A stretch of DNA of 64,000 nucleotides, from positions 32,001-96,000 of the forward strand of contig BTUM01000006.1 of the NCBI GenBank assembly GCA_045863235.1, read 5' to 3'. How positions within the stretch are numbered: position 1 is the stretch's first letter; each line of letters begins with the position of its first letter. Shown piece by piece: positions 48,586-58,244 of this stretch. This stretch comes from Candidatus Xenobia bacterium. GTDB taxonomy: Bacteria; Vulcanimicrobiota; Xenobia; Xenobiales; QWHO01. The translations under genes and the position numbers were made by a program. The notes beneath the pieces are model-generated. The model saw only the letters and a program-made list of their open reading frames with translations, searched no databases and was not told the DNA's origin.

Positions 48586-49172
48586 AGCGTCTGGTGGTGC
48601 TGGTTTCGGGCAACGGATCCAACCTGCAGGCGATCCTGGATGCCTGCCGGGAGGGACGACTGAAGGCTGAGGTGGCCCTGGTGGTCAGCAACCGGCCCGG
48701 GGTCTACGCGCTGGAGCGGGCCCGCGCGGCCGGGGTCGAAGCCCTGGTGCTCTCGCGCGATGGGCGCTCGCGGCGCGAGTATGACGCCGCCCTGGCCGAG
48801 CTGGTGGCGGCCGCCCGGCCCGACCGGGTGGTGCTGGCCGGCTTTCTGCACATTCTCTCGAGCGCATTTCTGGAGCGTTTTCCCGACCGGGTCCTGAACC
48901 TGCACCCGGCGCTGCCCGGCGCTTTTCCGGGCCTGAACGCCATCGAGCGCGCCTTTGAGGCGGGCCTGGAGCAGACCGGGGTGATGGTGCACCGGGTGGA
49001 CGAGGGCGTCGATACCGGGCCGGTGCTGGGGGTGGAGCAGGTGAGCATCCACCCCGAGGACACCCTGGAAAGCTTGACCGAGCGGATTCATCAGGCCGAG
49101 CATCGGCTCTTGATCCGCTGTCTACAGGAGGAACTGAGCGATGAAACGAGCCCTGCTGTCCGTCTCGGATAA
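48582..49172 (+). CDS. purN: Phosphoribosylglycinamide formyltransferase
   Basis: SGNGSNLQA, LAGF, NLHP and VDEGVDTGP. Confidence 0.96.
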   Translation: MKRLVVLVSGNGSNLQAILDACREGRLKAEVALVVSNRPGVYALERARAAGVEALVLSRDGRSRREYDAALAELVAAARPDRVVLAGFLHILSSAFLERFPDRVLNLHPALPGAFPGLNAIERAFEAGLEQTGVMVHRVDEGVDTGPVLGVEQVSIHPEDTLESLTERIHQAEHRLLIRCLQEELSDETSPAVRLG

Positions 49173-50622
49173 GACCGGACTGACCACTTTTGCGGCCGGC
49201 CTGGCCGAGCTGGGATACTCCCTGCTGGCCACGGGAGGCACGGCCAGCCTGCTGCGCGAGCACGGGCTGCCGGTGGAGGAGGTGAGCCACTACACCGGCT
49301 CGCCCGAGATCTTGCAGGGCCGGGTCAAGACGCTGCACCCGGCCATCCACGGCGGCCTGCTGGCCCGCGACTCTTCAGACGACCGGCGCGAGTTGACCTC
49401 GTGCGGCTGGGACTACCTCGACCTGGTGGTGGTCAACCTCTACCCTTTCGAAGCCACCGTGGCCCGTCCGGGGGTGACGCTGGAGGAGGCGGTGGAGCAG
49501 ATCGACATCGGGGGCGTGGCCATGATCCGGGCGGCCGCCAAGAACCACTCGCGGGTGGTGCTGGTGTGCGACCCGGCCGATTACGAGCGGGTGCTGGGGG
49601 CCCTGCGGGGCAACGGGCTCTCTTCTGAGGAAAGGCGCGCGCTGGCGGTCAAGGGCTTCCAGATGACGGCCCGTTATGATCGGGCGATCTCGCACTACTT
49701 CGAGCCCGCGGTCGAGAGCCTGGACCTTTATCCGGTGCAGCACCTGCGCTACGGGGAGAACCCGCACCAGGCCGCCCGCCTGCTCTCCTGGACTCCGGGA
49801 GGGCGTCCCCTGGGGGGCGAGCTGCTGTCGGGCAAGGAGCTTTCGTACAACAACCTGCTCGACCTGGATGCCGCCTGGCGGGCCGTGGAGGGCTACTCAG
49901 AGCCTTGCGCCTGCCTGATCAAGCACCTCTCGCCCTGTGGGATGGCCACCGCCTCGACCCTGGCCGAGGCGGTGAAGCTGGCCCGGGCCTGCGATCCGGT
50001 CTCGGCCTTCGGAGGCATCCTGGCCGTCAACCGTCCGCTGGACGCCGATTCGGTGGCCGAGCTGGAGGAGCTCTTCCTGGAGGCCATCGCCGCTCCGGCT
50101 TTCCCGGTGAACCTGGAGAAGCGCAAGAACTGCCGCCTGCTGGCCATGGGCTTGCTGGAGGATCCGCCCGGCGACTTCCGCAGCGTTCGCGGCGGTATGC
50201 TCTGGCAAGAGCGCGACCAGGGCGACCCGGCCGAGACCGTCTGGCAGACCGTCTCCAAGCGCCACCCTACCCCGGACGAGCAGGCTGACCTGGCCTTCGC
50301 CTGGCGAGTCTGTGAGCACGTCAAGTCCAACGCCATCGTGCTGGTGAAGGGCCAGGCCACGGTGGGCATCGGCGGAGGCCAGCCCAACCGGGTCGACTGC
50401 GTGCGCATCGCGGCGCAGCGGGCAGGAGAGCGATCGGTGGGCTCGGTGCTGGCCTCGGATGCGTTCTTCCCCTTCCCCGACTCGGTCGAGGTGGCCGCGG
50501 CCGCGGGCGTAACGGCGGTGATTCATCCCGGCGGCTCGGTGCGCGACGATGAGGTGCTCGAGGCCTGTGATCGCCTGGGATTGGCCGTGGTGCTGACCGG
50601 AGTGCGCCACTTCCGGCATTGA
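49141..50622 (+). CDS. purH: Bifunctional AICAR transformylase/IMP cyclohydrolase
   Basis: SVSDK, GRVKTLHP, IDIGG, RYGENPHQ, KSNAI, SDAFFPF and RHFRH. Confidence 0.97.
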   Translation: MKRALLSVSDKTGLTTFAAGLAELGYSLLATGGTASLLREHGLPVEEVSHYTGSPEILQGRVKTLHPAIHGGLLARDSSDDRRELTSCGWDYLDLVVVNLYPFEATVARPGVTLEEAVEQIDIGGVAMIRAAAKNHSRVVLVCDPADYERVLGALRGNGLSSEERRALAVKGFQMTARYDRAISHYFEPAVESLDLYPVQHLRYGENPHQAARLLSWTPGGRPLGGELLSGKELSYNNLLDLDAAWRAVEGYSEPCACLIKHLSPCGMATASTLAEAVKLARACDPVSAFGGILAVNRPLDADSVAELEELFLEAIAAPAFPVNLEKRKNCRLLAMGLLEDPPGDFRSVRGGMLWQERDQGDPAETVWQTVSKRHPTPDEQADLAFAWRVCEHVKSNAIVLVKGQATVGIGGGQPNRVDCVRIAAQRAGERSVGSVLASDAFFPFPDSVEVAAAAGVTAVIHPGGSVRDDEVLEACDRLGLAVVLTGVRHFRH

Positions 50623-50628
50623 TGGGCA

Positions 50629-51000
50629 TCAGCCCAGCTTCAGGTTAGGAGTTCCCGCGAAGTCACGCGAGTTCTCGGTCAACAGGGTGGCTCCCGCGAG
50701 GGCGGCGGTGACCCCAACCACGATGTCCCCAGCTCTTCCCCGCGGTGAGCCCAGCCGGCGAAAGATCTCGCCGGCGTGAAAGGCAATCTCTTCGGTCAGG
50801 GGAACGATGCCATCGCTCGTCAAGAAGCTGCGACCAACGGCCAGCTGCCGTGGTGTGCGCGGCCCCCGACAGAACTCCTACCAGGCCAGGCTGCTCATCT
50901 GGATCTGGACGAGAGCTTGACTCAACTCCAGCAGTGAGGTGCGCTCGGGTCCGGGCTCTGAAAGGGCCAGCACCAGGAGGTTCGTGTCCAGGTGGTTCAG
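50629..51000 (-). pseudogene. vapC: VapC/PIN-domain toxin pseudogene
   Basis: LNHLDTNLLVLAL…MSSLAW*EFCRGPRT…GDIVVGVTAALAGATLLTENSRDF. In-frame TAG at 50878-50880 and CTG where the start is expected. Confidence 0.8.
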
Positions 51001-51001
51001 G

Positions 51002-51248
51002 CTAATAGCTCGCGTCCTCGCTCTTCAAACGCCGAATTTCGTCCCTGGCATCGTGCCCCGCAAACAGATCGAAAAGCTCGTGGAGGGCCTTGACCCTCTG
51101 GTCGCGGAACTCGGGGGTCACCCCGACCATTTTGTCGCGATAATCGAGCCCGACGAATGACCTCGGACATCGAGATGTGCAGCCTTCCAGAGAGCTGATG
51201 GGCTGCCGCCAATGAGGCGGAGTCCAGGACCACTGTTGTTCGTTTCAT
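51002..51248 (-). pseudogene. Ribbon-helix-helix antitoxin (VapB-like), frameshifted
   Basis: MKRTTVVLD…SMSEVIRRA, then a frame change near 51147 to LDYRDKMVG…LFDLFAGHDARDEIRRLKSEDASY*. Confidence 0.7.
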
Positions 51249-51325
51249 AACTTACAGCTTCCATAAGACATGTCAAGAACCCCCGGGAGGAACTTCTTCC
51301 AGCAGGCTGGCATTGAGGCGATCAG

Positions 51326-52369
51326 ATGACCGAGTGCTGCAGCTGCGGGCTCGAGATCGAGCCGGGGCGAGGCCGTTCCTGGGAGGACGGCCTGGCTTAC
51401 TGCTTTTCTTGCGAGAAGGGCCAGCCCCGCTGTCTCTGGTGTCGCCGTCCGGTCTTCGAGGCGGCCACCCGGGGCAGCGACAAGGTCATCTGCATCTACT
51501 GCGCTCCCCAGTTTCCGCGCTGCGATCATTGCCACGAGCTGATCCACGGCGACTGCCTGACCTACCTCGACAAAGCCTACTGCCGCGGCTGCGCCCAGCG
51601 CTACCCGCTCTGCCTCGAGTGTGGCCAGGCCATCGCGCGGGGTGGCGAGTGCCCGGACTGCCACGGTCCGGCTCGAGCCTGCGCCGGCTGTGGAGCGCTC
51701 TTTGCCGATCGCTGGCTGGTCTTCGAGGACTGCTGGTACTGCCTCCCCTGCTACTGGCGGGCCTACGGTCGGTGCCGTTTCTGCCAGGAAGAAAAGCCCC
51801 GCAATGTGGACAACGTGTGCCGCGATTGCCATGCCCCCGTCGTGACGGGGGCGGCGGCGGCCCGCCGCCTGCTCGACGATGTGCAGCTTTTTTGTCGCGA
51901 AGAGCTGGGCCTGTGGGTGGAGGACCCCTACGAGCTGCGCCTGGCCCGCTCGGCCTCGGCCATCCCCAAGCTGCACACCGACGCCTACACGCTCAGCCTG
52001 GCCACGGTGGGTCTGTGGGCCGAGCGCGAGCGGGCGATGTGGGTGGTGGAGGGCTATCCGGTCTGGTTCACCAGCGTCATCCTGGCCCACGAGCACGCCC
52101 ACGCCTGGCAGTCGGAGAACTGCCCGCAACAGAGCCAGGACGTGATGGAGGGCTTTGCCAGCTGGGTGGAGTGGCGCGTGGCCCACAGCCTGGGCTACGC
52201 GACCTTCGCCGACAACATGGTGTCGCTCGACTGCCCCATTTACGGGGTCGGGTTGCGTCGCTGCCTGCAGCTCGAACGGCAGCTCGGGCCTGCCCGGCTG
52301 GTGGAGAAAATGCGCACCTTGCAGAGCTTTTCCCTGTGGACTTCGTTCCGGGCCTGGCTATTTTCATGA
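51326..52369 (+). CDS. Multi zinc-finger (LIM-like) protein with a C-terminal DA1-like zinc metallopeptidase domain
   Basis: Many CxxC pairs, then ILAHEHAHAW, EGFASW and PIYGVGLR. Confidence 0.8.
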   Translation: MTECCSCGLEIEPGRGRSWEDGLAYCFSCEKGQPRCLWCRRPVFEAATRGSDKVICIYCAPQFPRCDHCHELIHGDCLTYLDKAYCRGCAQRYPLCLECGQAIARGGECPDCHGPARACAGCGALFADRWLVFEDCWYCLPCYWRAYGRCRFCQEEKPRNVDNVCRDCHAPVVTGAAAARRLLDDVQLFCREELGLWVEDPYELRLARSASAIPKLHTDAYTLSLATVGLWAERERAMWVVEGYPVWFTSVILAHEHAHAWQSENCPQQSQDVMEGFASWVEWRVAHSLGYATFADNMVSLDCPIYGVGLRRCLQLERQLGPARLVEKMRTLQSFSLWTSFRAWLFS

Positions 52370-52665
52370 ACAGGACCAGGACTCTGGCCGTCTTCCGAAA
52401 GCTCAACGGGGTGACAGCGAGAGGTCTCCTCCGAGCTCCTTCACAAGTGAGACTGGGGCTGAGCGCGAGCGGCGATATAGTGGAGGGGAATGCAGGGGGT
52501 TGCAGCGGCGCTGGTGAAGCACGGTCGGCCGGGTGGCGGCCCGTGCAGACGGCCGCCGGTTCGGGTGCATCGCGGTGGATGTCCGTGAGCTCCGAACCCT
52601 TGAACGTGATGACCTGCAAAGCCCGTTACCGAACATCCCTCTGGCACAGGAGTATTACGACTGCT

Positions 52666-53451
52666 ATGAGAGCTCTTTCCCTGCTCCTTTGCACCTTATT
52701 GATGACGCCGGTACTGGCACAGTCGCAAACCGCACCCGTCGAGCAGCCGATTGACGGACCGCTGCAACTCGAGACCGGAGTGGTGCTCGAGAGTCTTACG
52801 AACGGAAACTCCGGCTGGCAAGAGTACTATCTCCGGGGCAAAAAGACGTTTGCCCCCCGCAATACGATTTACTGGGGCTACCGCCATACCGAGCGCTTCG
52901 ACTTGCAGGATGAGGAGGGCACGCTCGGCGGCTACTTCCCCCTGAGCGAGGAGCTCACCGGGAATCTCGAGCTGAGCTTGTGTCCCAGTCATCAGGTGTT
53001 GCCGCGCTATTCCGCTCTCGGCTCGCTGAACTACCAGTTGGGCGACGGCTGGGGACTGGAGGGCGCGCTCAACAACCGGCGCTACACCTTCGATAACGTC
53101 TTCATCGAGCGCTTTACCCTGGAAAAGTACTTTGACTCGAACCGCATGGCCTACTCACTCTGGCTCAGCCAGTCGGATACCGGGGGCTCAGGCACGAGCC
53201 ACTCCCTGCAGTTCACGCACTATTATGGGGATGACGAGCAAAACAGCCTGAACATCTCGGGCTCGTTCGGCAACCAGGTCGAGACCGTGGCTCCCGGCGT
53301 GCAACGCCCCTCGAATTCGACCGGCGTTGCGCTCTGGGGCGTTCAGGAGGTGAGCCCCGGGTGGGCGATCACCTATGGTTACGGCTACAACGACCAGGAC
53401 CCTTTCTACACGCGGCAGGGATTCAACTTCGGCTTACGGGCGGATTTCTGA
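52666..53451 (+). CDS. YaiO family outer-membrane beta-barrel protein
   Basis: Signal peptide, TERFDLQD, GGYFPL, PSHQVLP, amphipathic beta-strands and terminal Phe (LRADF). Confidence 0.8.
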   Translation: MRALSLLLCTLLMTPVLAQSQTAPVEQPIDGPLQLETGVVLESLTNGNSGWQEYYLRGKKTFAPRNTIYWGYRHTERFDLQDEEGTLGGYFPLSEELTGNLELSLCPSHQVLPRYSALGSLNYQLGDGWGLEGALNNRRYTFDNVFIERFTLEKYFDSNRMAYSLWLSQSDTGGSGTSHSLQFTHYYGDDEQNSLNISGSFGNQVETVAPGVQRPSNSTGVALWGVQEVSPGWAITYGYGYNDQDPFYTRQGFNFGLRADF

Positions 53452-54850
53452 GCCCCCGGCGCTCCATGTTGCCCCAGGCGTGGTCGCCCTTGAGGAACTT
53501 CCAGAGGCCCTTCAGGCGCCACCAGACCGTGAGCTGCCGGTAGCCGACGTTCTCGAGCACGGCCCAGGCGAGCAGCAGCGCGCGGTCGCTCAGACGGTCG
53601 AAGCGATGGAAGCTCCACTCCTCGAGAACGAGCGACATGATGGAGAGTACGAGCCCGTATCCGTAAGCCACCAGGAAGAACAGCACCGCGAAGGTCCAGT
53701 TGAGGGCCCCGAGGGCCACGCCGAGCACGCTGATCAGGATTCCTAGAGCTTCCACCACCGGGGCCAGCAGCTCGAAGAAGAGGAAGTAGGGGAGGGCCAG
53801 CATCCCAAGGCTTCCATAGCGCGGGCGGAAGAGAAGGCCCCGGTAGCGCCACAGAACGTCAGAAAGGCCGCGGTGCCAGCGATCGCGCTGACGACCCAAC
53901 ACACGCAGGGTTTCGGGGACCTCGGTCCAGGCCACCGGGTCGGGGATAAAGACTACCTTGCCCGGCGATTTCCGCTCGTAGCTCCGGCGGCGCAGGCGCG
54001 CTACCAGCTCCATGTCCTCGCCGACGCTGGACTTCTCATAACCGCCGGCTTGGATGACAGCACGCCGCGAGAAGAGCCCGAAGGCACCCGAGATGATCAG
54101 GTTGCCGCCCAGCCGGTTCCACCCCAGTCGCCCGAACAGGAAGGCCCGCAGATACTCGACGGTCTGAAAGCCGGGGAGGGGGCGGCGGGGGACTCGCGCC
54201 ACGACCCGGCCCATCTCGACCTGGCAATCGTTGACAACCCGGATCGTCCCGCCGCAGGCCGCGACCTGCGGGTCGCGCAGGAACGGGCGCACCAGCTTCA
54301 TCAGCGCGTTCGCCTCCACCAGCGTGTCGGCATCCATCGCGCACACCAGCTCGGAGGTCGCGACCTGGAGCCCGAGGTTCAGAGCGTCTGCCTTGCCCCC
54401 GTTCGCTTTGTCCACTACGACCAGATTGGGGTAATCCGGGGAGTGATAGAGAGCGCGGAGCTCCGCCGTCTGGAGCTGCTTGCGGTAGATCGGCCGCACC
54501 GCCACGAGCCCGAAGTGCTCTTTCAGTACTTCCATGGTCCGGTCCTTGGAGCCATCGTTGATCAAGACGATCTCCAGCCGCGGGTACTGGAGCGCTATCA
54601 TAGCCTTCAGGCTGTCGATCACGGTGGCTTCCTCATTGTACGCGGGAGCCAGCATGCTGATGGCGGGGGCGAACTGAGAGCTCAGAATGCGGTCCAGATG
54701 CTCTCCCCGAATTTCGACCATGTGACTGGACAACTCGCGGATGGCCTGGATCAGCAGCACCCCGTAGAACGTGTTCACCGCCAGAAAGTAGGCAAAGATG
54801 GCCAGGTCCGTGCTGAGCAGGAGCAAGCTCAAGAGCTCTCGCGCGGTCAC
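53423..54850 (-). CDS. Processive GT2 glycosyltransferase (PgaC/IcaA/cellulose-synthase-like)
   Basis: PAYNEE, NDGSKD, GGKADALN, DADT, GEDMEL and QRDRW; N- and C-terminal TM helices. Confidence 0.92.
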   Translation of the reverse strand: MTARELLSLLLLSTDLAIFAYFLAVNTFYGVLLIQAIRELSSHMVEIRGEHLDRILSSQFAPAISMLAPAYNEEATVIDSLKAMIALQYPRLEIVLINDGSKDRTMEVLKEHFGLVAVRPIYRKQLQTAELRALYHSPDYPNLVVVDKANGGKADALNLGLQVATSELVCAMDADTLVEANALMKLVRPFLRDPQVAACGGTIRVVNDCQVEMGRVVARVPRRPLPGFQTVEYLRAFLFGRLGWNRLGGNLIISGAFGLFSRRAVIQAGGYEKSSVGEDMELVARLRRRSYERKSPGKVVFIPDPVAWTEVPETLRVLGRQRDRWHRGLSDVLWRYRGLLFRPRYGSLGMLALPYFLFFELLAPVVEALGILISVLGVALGALNWTFAVLFFLVAYGYGLVLSIMSLVLEEWSFHRFDRLSDRALLLAWAVLENVGYRQLTVWWRLKGLWKFLKGDHAWGNMERRGLRNPPVSRS

Positions 54851-55863
54851 GATAGCTCCAGCACGTAACGGGCCATGTCGCAAGCAAATCGGTCAGCTCC
54901 CTCGGTGGCGCGCTTGAGCGCCAGCCGGCCAGGGGCTCCCAGCTTGCACAGCGCCAGCGCGGCATGGCGTCGGACTTCCCAGGCCGGGTCGCGTAAGGCC
55001 TCGCCCAGTGCCGGCGCCGCAGGCCAGAACTCCAGCCGCCCCAGCGCGGCCGCGGAGCGAGCCCGCACGTCCGACTCCGGGTCCTGGACCAGGCCGAGGA
55101 GGGCGTCCGTTCCCTCCTGGCCTCCCAGGGCACCCAGCAGATCGGCCGCCCGAGCCCGCAAGGCCGGGTCGGGATGGCCGCAAAACCGGAGTCCGGCTGA
55201 CAGGTAACGGGCGTCCGCGAGGATCGAGGCCACCTCCAGAGCGCTGATGAGCCATTCGGTGTCATGAGTCTCCTTGAGCATGGGGGAAAGCGTCTCGGCC
55301 ACGCCGTCGCCGAGCTTGAGAAGCGCATCCTGAACCGAGAAACGCGCCACGGTGCGGTCTGCAAGCAGCTCCAGGAGGCGCCGGACGCGCTCAGGTGTGG
55401 GGAAGACGGCAGCCCATTGTGCGGCTTCGGCGCGCACCGGATCGGAAGGGTCGCGCAGCAAGCTGTCGATCAGGGGGCTGTCGGCCCCCAGGGAGGAGAG
55501 GAGGCGAACGCCACGCAAGCGCGCCAGCCATGACCGAGAGCGACACCAGCTCTGAGCGCGCGCTTCCAGGCCGCGGTGCCGGGCCATGTCGCGCAGTCGT
55601 TGAAGGGGCTGTCCCGTCAGGAAGCGGCTGAGATCTTCGAGCAGTTCGATCTGAAGGTCCGGGGGAAGCGCGCGCAGATCGGGCCCGAGCTCGTCTCCCT
55701 CCACCAGGGCCTGCGCCAGTCGCGCGCGCACCCCGGGTAGCGCGGTCAACTTGCGGCGCCGAAGCTCGTGACTCAGAGCGCTCGCCAGGATGGACAGGAC
55801 GAGCGCCGCCAGGAGCCCCCCCTCGCTGACCACAGCCCAGAATAGATCGAGCTCCGAGCTCAA
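54847..55863 (-). CDS. Membrane-anchored HEAT-repeat protein
   Basis: N-terminal TM; repeats LRDPSDPVRAEAA, VQDPESDVRARSAAALG and LRDPAWEVRRHAALAL. Confidence 0.88.
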   Translation of the reverse strand: MSSELDLFWAVVSEGGLLAALVLSILASALSHELRRRKLTALPGVRARLAQALVEGDELGPDLRALPPDLQIELLEDLSRFLTGQPLQRLRDMARHRGLEARAQSWCRSRSWLARLRGVRLLSSLGADSPLIDSLLRDPSDPVRAEAAQWAAVFPTPERVRRLLELLADRTVARFSVQDALLKLGDGVAETLSPMLKETHDTEWLISALEVASILADARYLSAGLRFCGHPDPALRARAADLLGALGGQEGTDALLGLVQDPESDVRARSAAALGRLEFWPAAPALGEALRDPAWEVRRHAALALCKLGAPGRLALKRATEGADRFACDMARYVLELS

Positions 55864-57974
55864 GATGCCCGCAGAGCGCGGCGCACCTTTTGCAGAAGCA
55901 CCGGCAGGCTGAAAGGTTTGGTCGTGTGGTCGAAAGCTCCCTTTTCCAGGCTCTCCAGGATATCAGCCTCGCTGGAGTGGGCGGTTAGAACGATGACACG
56001 CGTGCCCGGTGCTCGCTCGCGCACCTTCTCGAGCACCTTCCGGCCGGACAGGCCAGGGAGGCCGAGGTCCAGCAACAGAACGCGCGCTCTCAAGCTGGGA
56101 GGATTCCCGGCCAGGGCCTGGCAGGCGCTGGAGCCGTCCTGAAATCCAAAGGTTCGATATCCCTGCGCTCCCAGAGCGTGGAGCAGGAGAGCGGCCAGGC
56201 TCGGGTCGTCCTCCACGACTGCCACGTCCACGGGTGTAACTCGCTCGAGCTCGTCGTGGCCCGGCTCGGCTGCCTCCATCAGGGCCTCGATCGAGCTGTG
56301 CTCGGGGTAGTGGGCCATGCCGAACGAGAGATCGGGAACAGACTTGCGAAGGCGGTCCATGCGGTCGGTCAGGTCCCAGGGGGACTCGCCCAGGGCCACC
56401 ACTGCGAAATCCTCGGACCAGCGCCCCACGGCCTCTCCGTTGGCAAACTGCTCGGCCAGGAGCTCGTCCAGGCCCGGCCGGGGACGCAGCCGCACGACCG
56501 TCAGGGGGAGCTCCAGTCGCTCCGCCCGGCGAAGCAAGAGCCGCGCCAGGACACCGAAATCTCCCCCTGCCAGGCGGCGCTCTCTGCCTCGCCGACTGAG
56601 CCAGGCGGCCACCCGGGACAGGACTTCAGGCCCTACTACTGGCTTGGAGATGAAGTCGTTGGCCCCGGCTCGGAACACCGACCTGACTGTGTCCGCGCCC
56701 TTGTCACTCGTCAGGAACAAGATGGGAAGATTCGCCCAGGTTGGATCGGAGCGAACGGCGCGGCAAAGCTCGGTGCCGGTCAGATGCGGGAGGCGCTGGT
56801 CGAGCAGCAACAAGTCGGGCTCTGTCTCGGTCAGGTACTTCCAGAGCTGGAGAGGATCCTCGAGAGTGGTCACATGATAGCCCGCCGGCGTCAACAGGTT
56901 CTCCAGAGTGGTCAGAATCTGGGGATCGTCGTCGACGGCCAGGATGCGAATGCGCTGGGAGGACGGCTGCACGCGCAGCATTCCCGTGAGAAGCGAGGTG
57001 ATCTGGTCGTCCGGCCCGACCACGAAGAGTGCCCCCCGGCGGACGGCCTCGGCCCTGGTGGCGAGGTCGCCGGTGCGAGCCAACACCGGGAGCGCCGGGA
57101 AGTGCTTCTCGAGCTTGGCCAGGAGACTCCGGGCCGCGCCCTGGTCGGGCCCGTCCAGGTCGAGCAAGACGCAGGCGGGAAACTGCTCGGCCAGACAGCG
57201 CCAGACTTGCTCCGGACCCTCGACCCAGCGCAAGCGGCAGGGCGCCTCGTCCAGCCCCTCCCAGGCCGTGCCCAGCCCTAGCACGTAGGGCCCCGCGGGC
57301 TCAACCATCGGGACCTCGACGCCCGAGTGTTGGAGCGCGCGCTCGAGCTCGAGAACGAGCTCCGCCAGGCGGGGGGTCTGGGCGGCCTCCACTCCCGACC
57401 GAAAAGCCTCCTCCAGTTGCTGGGCCAGCTCGCTTCCGTTCGGCAGCCCGAAGGTTCCCAGCGAACCGGCCAGCTTGTGGGCCTCCTCCCGCGCTTTCTG
57501 GCGCAACGGCTCGGTCAGCTGTCCGCCAAGTAGGGCCATCACGGCCTCTTCCAACAACTTGACGCGCTGCAGGTTGGCTGGGAGGTACTGCTCCCAAAGG
57601 CGCGTGATCTTCTGACGGGTCGACTGCGACACGCAGTTACTGGCGATGGCGTCGAGCAGCTCCTCTGGCAACAGCGGGTGCATGAGAATTCTCTCGACGC
57701 CGAGCTCGACGAGACGCCGCAGGAGGCCAGGGTCGTCGATGGACTGGAGCGAGTACAGGACGCGCGGGCGCTGCTTCGGATCGAGCGGCTGCAGCAGGTC
57801 CAGACCACTGCCGTGCTCGAGGCGGTGATCGAGCAGTAAGACGTCGGGGCGCTCGGTTTGCAGGTGCCGGAGGAACTCAATGGGGTCGGCCGGAGCGCGC
57901 ACGATTTCGCAACCCAGCTTTTTGCAAAGCCAGGTTCCGATCTCAGGCGGAACCCCGGCCAGAGAGATCTTCAC
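55860..57974 (-). CDS. Multidomain regulator: REC-Hpt-REC-REC-degenerate GGDEF-REC
   Basis: Hpt AHKLAGSLGTFG; canonical receivers (ILAVDDD…ISKP; VAVVEDD…TTKPF); GGDEF-like GRWSEDF. GTG at 57974. Confidence 0.85.
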   Translation of the reverse strand: MKISLAGVPPEIGTWLCKKLGCEIVRAPADPIEFLRHLQTERPDVLLLDHRLEHGSGLDLLQPLDPKQRPRVLYSLQSIDDPGLLRRLVELGVERILMHPLLPEELLDAIASNCVSQSTRQKITRLWEQYLPANLQRVKLLEEAVMALLGGQLTEPLRQKAREEAHKLAGSLGTFGLPNGSELAQQLEEAFRSGVEAAQTPRLAELVLELERALQHSGVEVPMVEPAGPYVLGLGTAWEGLDEAPCRLRWVEGPEQVWRCLAEQFPACVLLDLDGPDQGAARSLLAKLEKHFPALPVLARTGDLATRAEAVRRGALFVVGPDDQITSLLTGMLRVQPSSQRIRILAVDDDPQILTTLENLLTPAGYHVTTLEDPLQLWKYLTETEPDLLLLDQRLPHLTGTELCRAVRSDPTWANLPILFLTSDKGADTVRSVFRAGANDFISKPVVGPEVLSRVAAWLSRRGRERRLAGGDFGVLARLLLRRAERLELPLTVVRLRPRPGLDELLAEQFANGEAVGRWSEDFAVVALGESPWDLTDRMDRLRKSVPDLSFGMAHYPEHSSIEALMEAAEPGHDELERVTPVDVAVVEDDPSLAALLLHALGAQGYRTFGFQDGSSACQALAGNPPSLRARVLLLDLGLPGLSGRKVLEKVRERAPGTRVIVLTAHSSEADILESLEKGAFDHTTKPFSLPVLLQKVRRALRAS

Positions 57975-58244
57975 GGCTGGCCCTTCGTCCCCGCTTTGCG
58001 CGCTCCTTGCTCTGTCTGCCGCCCGCGCGGGGTTGGTGAAGCCTGGCGGGCCAAGGTCCGTCCAAAAGCCCACTCTGTCGAGCTTGAAGCCCCCCAGGTG
58101 CCGCAACTCCTCAAAGTCCCGGAGATTGGCCAGACAGGCCGGCCGTTCGTGGCTGCACTCCAACACGCCCTGTGCTGGGACTGGCGATAGCCAGGATCCA
58201 CCTGCGAGAGAGGAGAGCCCCGGCAAGAGTAAGAACTCGGGCTC

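Noticed and set aside
50878..50880. TAG read-through or recoding in vapC
   Set aside because: TAG is used as a normal stop elsewhere in the window, and the start codon and the antitoxin are also damaged. Decay is the simpler explanation.
51313..53451. 712-aa ORF in the track
   Set aside because: The first ~450 codons are a shadow frame over the LIM/DA1 gene and intergenic DNA. Only 52666-53451 (signal peptide plus barrel) is credible.
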